Shown here one piece after another: positions 24,451-37,960 of a stretch of 64,000 nt of DNA. This DNA is from Sminthopsis crassicaudata. Taxonomy: Eukaryota. The notes under the pieces were generated by a model. It searched no databases and had not been told where the DNA came from. It saw only the letters and a program-made list of their open reading frames with translations. A program made the translations under genes and the position numbers. Positions within the stretch are counted from its first letter, which is position 1. Every line of letters begins with the position of its first letter. The DNA lies in the NCBI RefSeq assembly GCF_048593235.1, contig NC_133622.1:216101198-216165197 (forward strand). The letters are read 5' to 3'.

Positions 24451-26270
24451 CCCACTTTCACTAATCAATTGTTAGTGAAAAGAAAGTCTAGAGTTGGAAT
24501 ATGGGGAAGGGTTAGGCTTAAAAAGAGAGACCAAGAAGACTAGTGTTGTTGGATATGTGGAGGATGGAGATTTAATATTCCAGCCAACAATCAGTGCCTG
24601 GAAGTTAGAAGTGGGATCAACTAGGAAAGAGTTTATTTAGGTTAATACCATTCTAAACTACCTGGAAGCTAAGTATCAAGCTTATTTGTTTCTGCATTAC
24701 TTAAAGAGTTGCAAATACTTAAATATTCCTTTTAATTTAGGATGCTTGGGGCAAACCCTAGAGGCTCCATACTAGTAATTGCTTTGCAATGCAAATAACT
24801 GGAGAGTCTCATACTTTCTCCAAAACAAGAAGAGACCCAATCCAGGATGACCCATTGTGCTATTCTATGAACTTTTATTATTAGTAAACTTTTTTTTTCT
24901 TTTATGGAGACCAACACCTTCTCACTTGGGATTCTGCCTGTTGTTCCAAATTCTACCTTAGATCAAGGTTTTGTTGTCTTTCAGTTGTTTTCGATTGTGT
25001 TCAACTCCTCCTGATTCCATTTGGTGTTTTCTTGGCCAAGATACTACAATGTTTTGTCATTTCCTTTTCCACCTCACTTTTAAAATGAGGAAACTGAGGC
25101 AAACCGGATTAACTGACTTGTCCAGGATTACACAGCTAATAAACGTCCGAGTCCAGATTGGAACTCATGAAGATGAGTTTTCCTGATTCCATATCATATG
25201 CACTATAATGGCAATAATTTCTCTAAATCATTTCATTTGGGTTTGAAGTTGGTTTAAGTTATCATACAACTCAAACATGAAAACATCCATGTCATAATTT
25301 CTTTGTCCTTAAATTTTCATGTGATTCTCCTCATGAGAAATCTTCTGAGAAGACAATGGAAACTCATAAGAATAAGCAGTGCAGCCCGTTTAAAAACTAT
25401 TGCTCATGAAAAGTCTGTCTGGTTTAATTGTATTCCTATATCACTTTTGTCATGACTGCCTTGTCATGATTGCTTTGGAATGGTGACTGGACAATTGCTG
25501 TCAGGAAATCAGAAGAATTGGATGAAAAGCCCAGTGGACTAAGAGACAAAGGCAATGTAGGATAGTGAAGAGATCGCCAGCTATAAAGTCCAAGGATCTG
25601 GATTCATATCCTATTTATTACCAAGACTTCTAGCAATGTGCTTTTAGACAAATCACTTAACCTCCATTGTCCTTAGTTCTTTCAATTGTAGACCAAAAGG
25701 GTCCTATTCTGTTACTACTTAGTTGCCTCTTTTAAGCAAAGCATTCTCTGTTTCTGAGCCTCAGCTTCTCCACCTATAAATAAGAAAGTTGTATGAGAGG
25801 ATTCCAAAACTCCTGTCATTGAAGTGGTAAGTGGTAATGTGGAGTAGAAATATGATATAGATTTGGAAGAGCATAATTGTAAAAGAATATTATAAAAATA
25901 GTATAATAACGATTTGGTTCACAACATGGAGCAACCATGACAGAGGCACCTATTACAGATGACAGAGATTTGCTGGTTTATTATGTAAATAGCACCTGGG
26001 TTCAAATATAACTCTGCAGGGCAGTCATACTGAATGAACAATTTGCTTTGGGAGAGATGTGACCTTTAAGATCTCAGAGGGAGGAGGGGGAAATAAAAGC
26101 AGAATCTAAGGAATGACAAGGTTATCTATTGAGATGTTGAGAGTGTCTTAGAGACAGAATGGGAAAACTGAGTTGCCATCAAGCCTGTATCAAAGGTTGA
26201 AGACAGGGTAGATGGATTAACAATGGACTCCAGCTTTACGTCATTCTATACAAACAGGATAGTATGGGAA

Positions 26271-26418
26271 NNNNNNNNNNNNNNNNNNNNNNNNNNNNNN
26301 NNNNNNNNNNNNNNNNNNNNNNNNNNNNNNNNNNNNNNNNNNNNNNNNNNNNNNNNNNNNNNNNNNNNNNNNNNNNNNNNNNNNNNNNNNNNNNNNNNNN
26401 NNNNNNNNNNNNNNNNNN
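26271..26418. other. Assembly gap (148 N)
   Basis: Run of N. Confidence 1.
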
Positions 26419-29400
26419 ATGGGCAATGGGCTTGTTCTTGAGAATAATCTGGTCCAGAGTTCCCATGATCATAGTTGACATTTAGTTCATATTTCTATAA
26501 TGCTTGAAATTTACAAAACATTTACACAATTTCATAATAACGTTGTGAAATATGTCATTATTATCCTGTTTAGATGAAGAGAATGATATTGAGGAAAGGT
26601 AAATAACTTTCCTTGGATTATACAAATCAGTACTTGTCAAGAAATAGTTTGTACAATTTGAACTGAGGTCATCCTGGCTCCAAAAATTTAGCACTCTAAG
26701 AAAGCCTCATTGCTTTTTATCAGTAGACATGCTATAATTCAAGTCATGCTCAGTTTTTATCTATATTGGTGATGATGAAAAGGACATTCACAAAAGCCAG
26801 TAAATGAATGAATGAGGGATTGAAAAAATATTTTTAAGCATTTAACTATATGAGATAAACATAGTAAATACAAATACAAAACCAAAGCAATACTTCCCAG
26901 AGGAACTTACATTCTAACAGAAAAAGAAAATATATATTGGAGAATCAGTAACCAGAGAGGAATATTTTGTTATTTAACAATAGCATGATGAATAAAACTA
27001 TTGGAAAATAGGTTGACATCTCTTTTCCCAGTAGGAAGAGAGATTTTTTTTTAAACATTAATTACTTAGCTAGGAATATAAATATAAAATCCAGGCTGTT
27101 GGTCCTTTCAAGGAACTCACATTCTAATGGGAGAACCAATCCTTAATGGAAGGTTGTTTTTTTTTAATTACAAGACAGAGGGAAATCAGATGCTAATATT
27201 TTCTTCAGTATCACTTTACTGATGTTCATGCCTTTAACAATGCCAAGGATTTTGATAATAATAATTTTTTTCTGGGTCTTCAATAGCAAACCTCCATATA
27301 CTGGACTACTTCATGAAGAATGCTTCTCAAGATGATGGTAACAGGTATGGAGAGAGCTTAGAAACATCACTTTTCCCAAGACTTGGGTTCAAAATTCTGG
27401 CCTGTCTCTATCAGAGGCTAAGAAAAGATGGTCAAAATGATAGAGGTGGTATGTCTTGCCAGGTGGCTTTCTTCCTCCCAATGCTTTGTTATTTCAGCTA
27501 GTTGAACTTGCCTGCCTTGTGGGTGGCAGGTAGTTGACATTTGTTGAGTTTAACTGTCATCTTCTCAACAGAAGATACTTTCCCAGATGATGGCCGAATA
27601 GGAAGCAGAACCATTGTTGGAGGGCACCACCACTCTTAAGACTTTGTCCATGATTTTCTCGGGGGCATTTAGTCCCAACTGTTTATTGTGGTGATGAGGA
27701 ATACCTTCTCCACAATGATTTCTTCCTTCACTGGTGGCTGCGGGGGTAGTCTGGAACCTGGTTGGGTTGGTTTGGGGACACTTCTATTACTGAGGTTTTG
27801 CACTAAGGATGTGGTCAGGATGGCGGTAGTATTTTGATGGACTCGGCATATTCTGCCCTTTGTAGCTTCCTTAGTAGTTTTTACCACTTCAGCTTGGCTA
27901 GATTGCCTGCCCCGTGGGTGACAGTGGATTGTCTGGCTCCTCCAGGACCAATGGCAGATTTGATCTGATTATGATTACATAACTGGGAGGAAAGGGGGGG
28001 GGGGGAGGATCCAATTCAATAGAGTAAACATCTATTCAGTGCTGTTTATGTGATATTTAAGGCATTGAGCTACAAATTGATTGAATCTATTCCTAGAAAC
28101 TACAGCTCAAATCCCAACATGATACAACATTCTTGACATTTCAGTGACTAGGCTACAACAAATTATTCCCATACCTTGAATAAGAATTTGATACTGAGTT
28201 GACAGGCTATACCACACCTGCTACCATGAGCCATTCACATTGCTTATTACTGGCTACAGGAAAGGTGAAAGTTGTATGGAGTTGAAAGACACAAGGACAT
28301 TTACTAGGCTTTAATGTTTTCCTTCTAGCTAATTTCCTAATGGTAAAAATCTCATTTCTATAGCAATTTTAAATTAAGTGCCATAAAGTAGGTTGTAAAA
28401 GCACTATCCCTATTTTATACATAAGGGACCAGAGACTTAGACACAATTAGCATAGACAACAAAAACAACAAGACTTCCTTTCTGCAGATTGTTTGTAACA
28501 GAACGATTTGGTCATGTCTTGCTTTGGGGCAGTGCATGGTACCAATGAGGATCAGCAAGCGGAGCCTTGGTGAGTTGTCTGGGATTCATTGATTTGTTCA
28601 TGGTCACATTTCCATTGGAGGTGGGACTTGAGCATACCTTTTCCTGCCTCTAAGACTGGCCCTCAACCCATTTGGCCATGCTCCCAAGGCTTAGCTTGTA
28701 TAAAACTATAATCAGGATACAAAGGTCAATTAGTCATAAGATAATCAAATTTCAAGGGACCTTTGGAGCCTCCAAGTCATACTTTCTTTCAGTTTGAGTT
28801 CCCTCTACAACATCGTGAAAAATAATTGTTCATCCTATGCCTGAATATTGATGTTGGTGGTGGTGGTAATGCTAATACTGATTACAATAATAGCTAAGAA
28901 AGCTGGTGGAACCACTGGGGGACAAGGATCTAATTTTGGAGTCAAGAGGCCAGGATTCTAATTCTGGCTCTTCTGCTTATCATCTGTGTGGCCTTGGACT
29001 TGGAAACAGTTCTTTCAACAAACATTTAGTGTTCAACAGGTCTCCAATACTCCAAGCACTGTGCTAGTCAGAGGAGAAAAAGACAAGGAGAAAAAGAATG
29101 AAATAATCCCCAATTCTAAGAGCTACAATTCTAATATGGAAGAAAATGTTCATACATGTAGATATGTATAAAACACATATGTCACAAAATATTGATTGGA
29201 GTTTAGTCATTGCTTATGTCTTATATTTGAACTATCTTCAAATAGATGAAGGATTTGAATTTGCTCTAAAATGTCCCAGATGGCCCTACCAGAAACAACT
29301 GGTAGAAGTTCCTAAGAAGCAGATTTGGACTTGATATATGTGTGTATGCATATGTCTATATGTATATGCATATATAGGTGTATACATGGATATGCAGATA

Positions 29401-31254
29401 TATTTGTGTATATATATATTGCACCATATGTATGTATTATGTGCATATACACATGTTAAAGAAAAATAAAACAGTTGAAGTGTTTCAAATATAGATATAT
29501 AGATATAAAGATATAATGAGTTGCTTTGGAAGATAGCAAATCCCCCTTTAGCAGAGCAATGGTTGGATGGTTAAATTGTATACTTTGTAAAAGAAATGTT
29601 TCCTCAATTATGAGAAATGAGTATTTCTCTCTTGCATTTGATAGCTAATTATTGAATTGGGAGTAAGGTTTTCCCTCCTGTCTATTTCCTCATCCAGAAA
29701 TCAAACAGTGTGGGGAATCCTAGGCAGAGATTTACCCAGGCCATGATCTAATCATATGGTAAAAGAAATTTAGGTGTGAGCTAATGGTCATATTTCTGCT
29801 TATTGTATTTGCTCAGAGAGATCTGGGAAAATATATATTCTCCCTCTTGTCAGAAAGTTGACAAAGAAATTGAGAAGTCTCTTTGACCAAGATTTGGATG
29901 AACCAAGTCATGTACTCCAAAGTCTTTACAATATGGCCCAGCATCTCATTGTAATATTCATTTTTTTATTCATTTTCAAGTGGAATTGATGACCTCCCTT
30001 GGGAACATCTATTCTTCCAAGAGTTTGTAAGCTGCGATGGATGTTTGATCTAAAATAAGCAGTCAAATGATCATATTTTTATTAATAAATGTGCTGGCCT
30101 TATTAATAAAATGATTAAATTAGCCAGAAACTGTCTCTCTAATCATTTAAAATGGCACAAAGCTAACTTGGTCTAGACTTAGTAAATCTCTAAAGCCCCA
30201 CAGGATATATCCCACTTTCCTTTGAATCAGCTCCTGTTCTTTCCTTGTGATGAACTCAATTCTTTTTCCCTAATGACTTTTATTCTTTGGTCCTACTTCT
30301 GCCTCTTGGGACAGGATGGACAAATTTCATTTGTCTTCCACAGACATTGAAGATGAGTTTCTGATTTTCTACTGGTACCTCAGTACTCTTCTGGAGACTC
30401 CAGTCTCTTCCAACTTCCTTATTTTGCTTAAATTTCATCCATGAACATGCCTGGAAGTGCTTTAAGGTGAAATCATTCAAACATGAAGTCCATCAAAGGG
30501 ACAATCAGGATTATTTGTCACAAATTACCATTAAAAATGTTCAAATGGGAAGCTGTATGGTATAATGAACAGTACACCAGATCTAGATTTGTGAAATAGA
30601 AGCCAGTACTAGTGTGACCTTGGACAAGTCACTGGACTTCAAAGAGCCTATCATCCTCATCTGGAAAATGTGAGGTAAATATTTGCATTATATTTTCATA
30701 GAGTTACTATAAATAGAATGTTTTATATACTGCAAAATAATATAGAAATGTGGGGTAGGGTTAATCCAGAGATGAGATCCCATCCTTTCATAGACATTGC
30801 CTTGTCTGCTGCTGACAAAATATAGAATGTGGTTTTATTTCAGGGACTTGTAGAAAGAAAGAGAATTGTGGGTAAGAATAAGGATTTTTTTTTTTAAAGA
30901 GGAAAAACTTTAAAGTGGATTGTAATATAAGTATATGGATTTAGCAAAACTGATTTTGAAATAACTAGAAGGAGGGGGGAAAAAGGATAACCTTAAGTTT
31001 AGAAGAAATTCCAAAATTAAATCCAATCAATAAACATCAAAATAGTACTCATCTTGCTTTTGTTTAATACTTAGAAACTCACTCTTCTCTTTGGCAGCTT
31101 ATTCCACCTTGAGGTAATTTTAAAAGTCAAGATTTTCATTATATCCATATTAGATTTTCTATTCTATAATTTTCATATATTATTGCCAGTTCTGTCCAGT
31201 GGGGCCAAGCAGAAAATAAAATCCTTTTCCTACATAAGCATTTCACTAATATTT

Positions 31255-33790
31255 TTATTTCAATTGTATTTTATTTTAAAGATTATTTGTAAAGATAATT
31301 TTCAGCATTAACTTTGATATGATTTTAAGTTCCAACTTTTTCCCCTCCCTCCCTCCCTCCCTTTTCTCCTCCATCCCCCAAACAACAAACAATCTAATAT
31401 AGGTTATACATGTACAATTATTTTAAACATATTTCCTCATTAGTGTGTTTCAATGTACAATCAGTCTCCATAGTTCTCTCTCTGGATGTGGGTGGCAGTT
31501 TTCATCCAAGGGGTATTGGAATTGTCTTGGATCTTGGATATTGCTGAGAAGAACTAAGTCTGTCATAGTTGATTATCACATAATCTTACTATTACTGTAT
31601 GCAATAATATTCTTCTCATTCTATTCACTTCACTAAGCATCAGTTCATGTAAGCCTTTCCAATTTTTTTTCTGAAATCAGCCAACTTATCATTTTTTATA
31701 AAATAATATTTTGTTACATTTATATATCATAACTTATACAGTCATACTCCAGTTGATGGACATCCACTCAATTTCCAATTCCTCGCCATCACAAAAAAAA
31801 AAAAAAAAAAAAGCTGTTATAAATATTTTTGTTCCTGTGGATCCTTTCCCCTAGTTGATGATCTCTTTGGGATATAGACTCAGTAGTGACATTGCATCAA
31901 AGGGTATCCAGAGTTATAGCCTTTTAGGCATGGTTCTAAATTGTTCTACAGAATGGCTTGATCAGATCACAACTTCACCAACAATGTATTAGTGTCACCA
32001 AAAATATATGTGTCCAAATTTTCCCACATATTGTTATCTTGGCTAATCTGATAGGTGTAGTGTGGTACTCAGACTTGTAATTTGCATTTCTCTAATCGAT
32101 AGTGATTTAGAGTATTTTTTCATAACTATAAATGGCTATTTTTTTCTTTTTTAATTAATTAATTAATTTTAATCCACATTGCTTTATGAATCCTATTGGG
32201 AGGGAAAGATCAGAACAAAAGGGTTAAAATATGGGAGAGAAAAAAAAAGTATATGTTGATTTACATTTAATCTCCATAGTTTTATTGGAATTGGAACTAC
32301 TGAGAAGGACCAAGTTTTTCATAGTTGACATCACACATTCTTGCTATTATTGTGTACAAAGTATTCCTGGCTCTGCTTGCTTTGCTCAGCATCAGTTCAT
32401 GGAAATCTTTCCAGGCCTTTCTACATCCAGCTTATAGAACAATAATATCCCTTACCTTCATGTACCATAGCTTATTCAGCCATTCTCCATGAATGATGAG
32501 CATCTACTCATTTTCCAATTCTTAGTTATCACAAAAAGAGCTGCTACAAACATTTTTGCACATGTGAGTCCTTTTCCTTACTTTATGGGACCCAATAGAG
32601 ATTCCTGGGTCAAAGGATGGATATGCACAGTTTTGTATATCCCTTTGGGCATAATTCTAGATTGCTCTCCAGAATGGTTAGATCATTTCACAACTCCACC
32701 AATGGTGCATTTTCCTACATCCTCTCCAACATTTATCATTATCTTTTCCTGTCATCTTAGCCAATCTGAGAGGTGTGATGTGGTACCTCAAAGTTGTCTT
32801 AATTTACATTTCTCTAATCAAGTGACTTAGAGCATTTTTCATATGATTATAGGAGGTTTTAGTTATATCATCCGAAAATTGTTCATATTCTTTGACCATT
32901 TATCAATGGGAGAATTTTTTGTATTCTTATAAATTTGACACAATTCTTTATATATTTTAGAAATGAGACCTTTATCAGAAATGCTAATTGTAAAGATTTT
33001 TTTCTCAACTTTGTATTTCCCTTTTAATCTTGTTTCTGTTGGTTTTGTTTGTGCAAAATCTTTTTAAGTTATATAATCATAGTTGTTCATTTTGCCTTTA
33101 ATAATGTTCTCTAGTTATTCTTTGGTCGTAAATTCCTTCCTTCTCCAAAGATCTGGTAGGTAAATTATCCCTTATTTTCCTATTTTGTTTATGATATCAT
33201 CATGTGCCCATTTGACCTTATTTTGGTATGGGGTATGAGATATACATCTATGTTTCTGACATTATTTTCCAGTTTTTCAAGCAATTTTTGTCAAGTAGTG
33301 AGTTCTTATTCCAGAAGCTGGAGTCTGGGGGTTATCAAATATTGTTACTATAGGCCTTGATTATTGTGTTATGTGTATATAATCTATTCACTGATCCACC
33401 ACTGTATTTCTTAGCCAATACCAAATTTTTTTTTTTATGACTGCTGCTTTATAATAGCTTTACTTTCAATATTGCTAAATGGCTTTAATTTTTTCATCTG
33501 AATATTTTCTCTTCATATCCTCTGACCATTTATCCACTGGGGATAAATTTGACTCAATTCTCTATATATTTTTTCTCTTTATCAGAAACACTGGCTGTAA
33601 AAAATGTTTCCTATCTTTCTGCTTCCCTTCTAATTAGCTGCATTGATTTTGCTTGTGCAAAAAATTTTTTAATTTAATGTAATAAAAATTATTAATTTTA
33701 TATTTCATAATATTTTTATTTCTTGTTTGGTCTTAAAGAATTCCCTTTTCTAAAGATCTGACAGGTAAAGTATTTTTTGCTCTCCTAGTT
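31255..33790 (-). mobile_element. Stack of nested marsupial L1 fragments (3' UTRs and ORF2 end)
   Basis: At least two reversed L1 3' ends (about 31255 and 32140), followed by reversed ORF2 sequence (gagcatttttcatatg, gaccatttatcaatggg, cttattttggtatggggtatgaga). Confidence 0.85.
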
Positions 33791-34671
33791 ATAAGCACTT
33801 TATAAATAATTATTAATAGCAGTTGCAGAATTTTGAATCAGTACGGGATCTCAGAGAATATCTCCTTCCAAATGTAATTGAGAATAATCTTGATCACATC
33901 ATACTTAACCCACGATAATCCAGCCTTTGTTTGAAAATATGCAGAAAAATGGGACTGATTATGCCTTTACGTAGCTTATTCCACTTCTCAATGAGTCTAA
34001 TGGTTGGTTAGAAAGTTTTTTTCTCTCTCCCTCCATCCCTAAACCTCCTTATATTAAGCATATTTTTACCTTTTCCCCACATTTACTTATTATTCCTATT
34101 CCTCCCTCTGGGGCCACGAAGAATTAATTTAGTTATCCTTCATTAAATAGCCTTACATTAATCACATACTTTAATACATTAATAGCCTTCCTACATTAAA
34201 TAGCCTTCAAACATTGGAACAATACTAGTATTTTTTCAGGAAGTAGTTTCTTCTCCAAACTAAACATCTCCAATTTTTTCAACCTTTTCTCTTATGCTAA
34301 TTACTTGAAATCATTCCTCATTCTGGTGGCCTTCCTTTGAACACTCCGTTCAAATGAAACACACAAAACTAAATAAAATTCTCTAGATGTTGTTTGAATA
34401 TGAAAATGTATGGTAGGGGTTTTATTCCCTAATTTGGTACTCTGCCTTTCAACATTGCCTCACATCTCATCAGCTTTTCTTGAATGCCATATCACACTGT
34501 TGAGTCACTGTTGAGCTAATAACCCACTATTACTCTCAAATAAACTTCTGTCTAGTCAAATGGATATCTCTTACCTTATGCTTGAGATGCTATTTTGGAG
34601 AATCTAAGGATGATATTTGACATATTTTTAAAATTCTATATTAAGATTTAGTCCAATATTGTAATGAGGGA

Positions 34672-34925
34672 AGATAGATGATGCAGTGGATAGAGTACAG
34701 GGCCTGAAGCCAGGAAGACTCATCTTCCTGAGTTTAAAGTCAGCCTCAAACATTTACTAGCTATGTGACCCTGGACAAGTCACTTAAACTTATTTGTCTC
34801 AGTTCCCTCATGTGTGAAATGACTTGGCAAAGGAAATGACAAGCCATTCCAGAATCTTTGCCAAGAAAACCCCAAATGGAAACACAGAATGTCAGATATG
34901 AATGAAGAATGACTGGAACAACAAC
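34672..34925 (+). mobile_element. CORE-SINE (MIR3/Mar3-like), near full length
   Basis: gcagtggatagagtacagggcctg...tgtgaccctggacaagtcactt...ctttgccaagaaaaccccaaatgg...gaacaacaac. Confidence 0.8.
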
Positions 34926-35989
34926 AATAATATTGTAATGACTTCCCCAAAATAGAGAGGAAATTGAACCTTATTCCTTTCCTTGGTAGAATTTGAGGTT
35001 AGTCTAATATAAATGGGGCTTTTTTTATCTTCCCTTGAAAACCTTTTTATTGATACTTTTTGCTTTTTAATACCTCAATATTTTTATAATTTATTATTGG
35101 TCTTCCCAATGAAACTCTCCTATGTATCAAAGAAAAACAATTAAGGTAAATATTGACAGTGACTGACATTTTGTGCAGTGTTTCATACTCATAAACTCTG
35201 TCTTTAATACTAATAGCTACCACATATATAATGCTTTAAAGTTTACAAAGCAATTTTATAAATATGATCTCATTTTATCTTCATTTTAACTTGAGAAATT
35301 TAAGTGTTACTATTATCTCCATTCCACAGATGAGGAAACTAGGGCAGCCAGACGTAAAGTGACCTGCAGAGGGTCATACAGCTTATAAATTTCTGAGCTG
35401 AATTTGACCTAAGGTTATCCTGCTTTAGGTCTAACACTTGGTCCCCTATATCACCTATCTACCTTGTCAAGAGAGAGAGGTGTGTTTCATCATTTGTTCT
35501 TTGGGATCAAGATTGAGCATGACCTCTCTGATAAAATCATACTTCTTCCCTGTGATCACTCAGTTATTAGGGTCCCCCTGGGGCCTCCTCCATTTTTGTG
35601 GAAGGATCCAAGTCAAAATAGGCTTCATTCCCTGACCTGGTCAACTCTTCTTGTTCTGGACTTCAAAACCGTCTCTCCTCCTTCAAGCAACTTAATCTTT
35701 TCTTCCCTCCCTCTCTGTCTTCAGCCTCTTTTTATGAGTTGTAGTTCTGCTTTAGAGTGTAAGCTCTCTGAAGTCAGAGAACTGTTTGTTCTTTTTCTTC
35801 ATATTTGTGTCCCAGCACATTTTTAGCTATAATAAATGCTTGTTGCCTTGTCTAATGCCTTCTAGATATTATATAACCATCCTTTTTAATAATACATTTT
35901 AGAACTTTGCCAAGAACTTTCTTTCTTATGATGACATTTTTACCCTTCTCAGATATTTAAATAAATCTTTGGTCTTTCCATGATCTTTT

Positions 35990-36246
35990 TGTTATTGTTC
36001 ATTTTTAATTGAAATGCAAAAAGATAACATGAAGAGAGAATTCAACATAAAATTATGTTTCCCATTTTATAATTGTTTACTTAAAAAAATGCAATAAATA
36101 CTATACATTGTGTCTTCAAAGTTATTCAGCTTTTCTGTGTTTTCTTCTTAGTTTTCTTTTGTTCCTCTGCTGCATATTTGTTTTACCTCTTTTCCTCCTC
36201 ACCTAGCACTAAAAAAGGCAACAAGTATAGACGCAACAACACACAC

Positions 36247-36281
<35 letters not shown>

Positions 36282-37075
36282 TCCTATGTGCATACACATA
36301 CTATACTATACTTATTTCTATCAATCAGTTCTTTCTCTGGAGGTAGATAGTATCTTTCATCATAAGTAGATGGTATCTTCCATAATAGGTCCTTTATGAT
36401 TAGTTTGAGTATTGAGATGAATTAGTCATTTCAATATTGTTTCTTAGAACAATATTTCCATTGTTATGTACAGTGTTCTCTTGGTATGGCACATTTTGCT
36501 TTTTGTTATTTCATGCCAATTTTTTCTCTTTTTTTCCCCCTAAAAATCACCCAGCTCATCATTTCTTATAGTATAGTGATATTCCATTACAATCATGTAC
36601 TACAATTCATTTAACCATTTCCCAATTGAAGACCATCCAGCATTTTAGCCAATCTGATAGGTGTTAGATGATATTTTAAAGTTATTTTAATTTGCACTTC
36701 TCTAATTAATAATGATTTACAGCATTATTTTCATATGACTGTATATAGTTTTGATTTCTTCATCAAAAAATTGCCTCTTAATATCCTCCTACCATTTACC
36801 TATTGGGTATTGTGTTCTTATTTACTTGACAAAATTCTTTATATATTTGCAAAATTAGACCTTTATATAAAAAAGGATTTTTCTCAATTTTCTGCTTTCT
36901 TCTATTTTTGGTTCAAAATCTTTATAATTTAATGTAATTGAAATTATCCATTTTATACCTCACAATACTCTCTATCTCTTGTTTATTCATAAATTATTCT
37001 CCTTTCCAGAAATCTGATAAATGATATGTACTATCTTCTTATAATTTTTTTGTGCTTGCTCACTTTAAATCTAGG

Positions 37076-37115
<40 letters not shown>

Positions 37116-37960
37116 GCATATATATACACACATATATAGTATTTTTGTTGGTAGATCTGTGCCCAATTTCTGCCAAACTACTTTCTAATTTTCATAGCAA
37201 TTTTCATCAAATAAATAATGAATTATTGATCCTCAAACTTAATTTTTTTTTCAAATTGCAAATTTACTATAATCTTTTATTACTATATATTACATGTATG
37301 TCTACTCTGTTCCATAGATCTATTTCTTAGCCAGTAGCAAATTGTTTTGATAATTATTGCCTTATAATATAGTGTATGATCTGGTACTGCTAAACGTCCT
37401 TCCTTTCCTTTTTTCCCCCCATTTATTTCTTGACCTTTTATTCTTCCAAATGAATTTTGTTAATGTTTTGTTTTTTTTTTCCCAACTCTGTGAAACAATG
37501 TTTTGATATTTAATTGAGATTGCATTGAATAATTAGTTTAAAAAGTCATTTGCATTACATTTTTTTCCCCACTTATGAAAAAGTAATATTCCTTCAATTA
37601 TTTAAATCTGATGTTATATAGATAGAATTTTATAATTATTTTTCTAGGTTTGTTTTGGCAGGTATGCTCCCAGTTATTTTATACTATCTACAATTATTTT
37701 AAATGGGTTCTCTCTCACTAGCTCTTCTTTTAATGTTTTGTTGTAAAAATGTTAATTATTGATGTTGATTTGTTTTATATCATGCTACCTCCATAAGCTT
37801 CTGCTGATCTCTAACAATGTTTCAATCACATCTGTCAACTCCTTCACTACTCAAGAAAATGTTTTATCTTGGCCAAATGACATATACTTGTCAAAGATAT
37901 CCATGTATTCTCTTACTACTTCTTTATTTCTTTGGTATAAAAACTTGCTATTTGTCCTCT
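35990..37960 (-). mobile_element. Old, degraded L1 fragments containing (CA)n and (TA)n tracts
   Basis: Reversed L1 3' UTR and ORF2-like sequence (gccaatctgataggtgt, ggtactgctaaacgtccttcc, ttcttccaaatgaattttg). Confidence 0.7.
36236..36277. repeat. (CA)n microsatellite
   Basis: Direct reading. Confidence 0.92.

Noticed and set aside
37751-37763. HNF1-like motif gttaattattgat near a kidney-expressed gene
   Set aside because: It lies inside degraded L1 in AT-rich DNA, where such matches are expected by chance.
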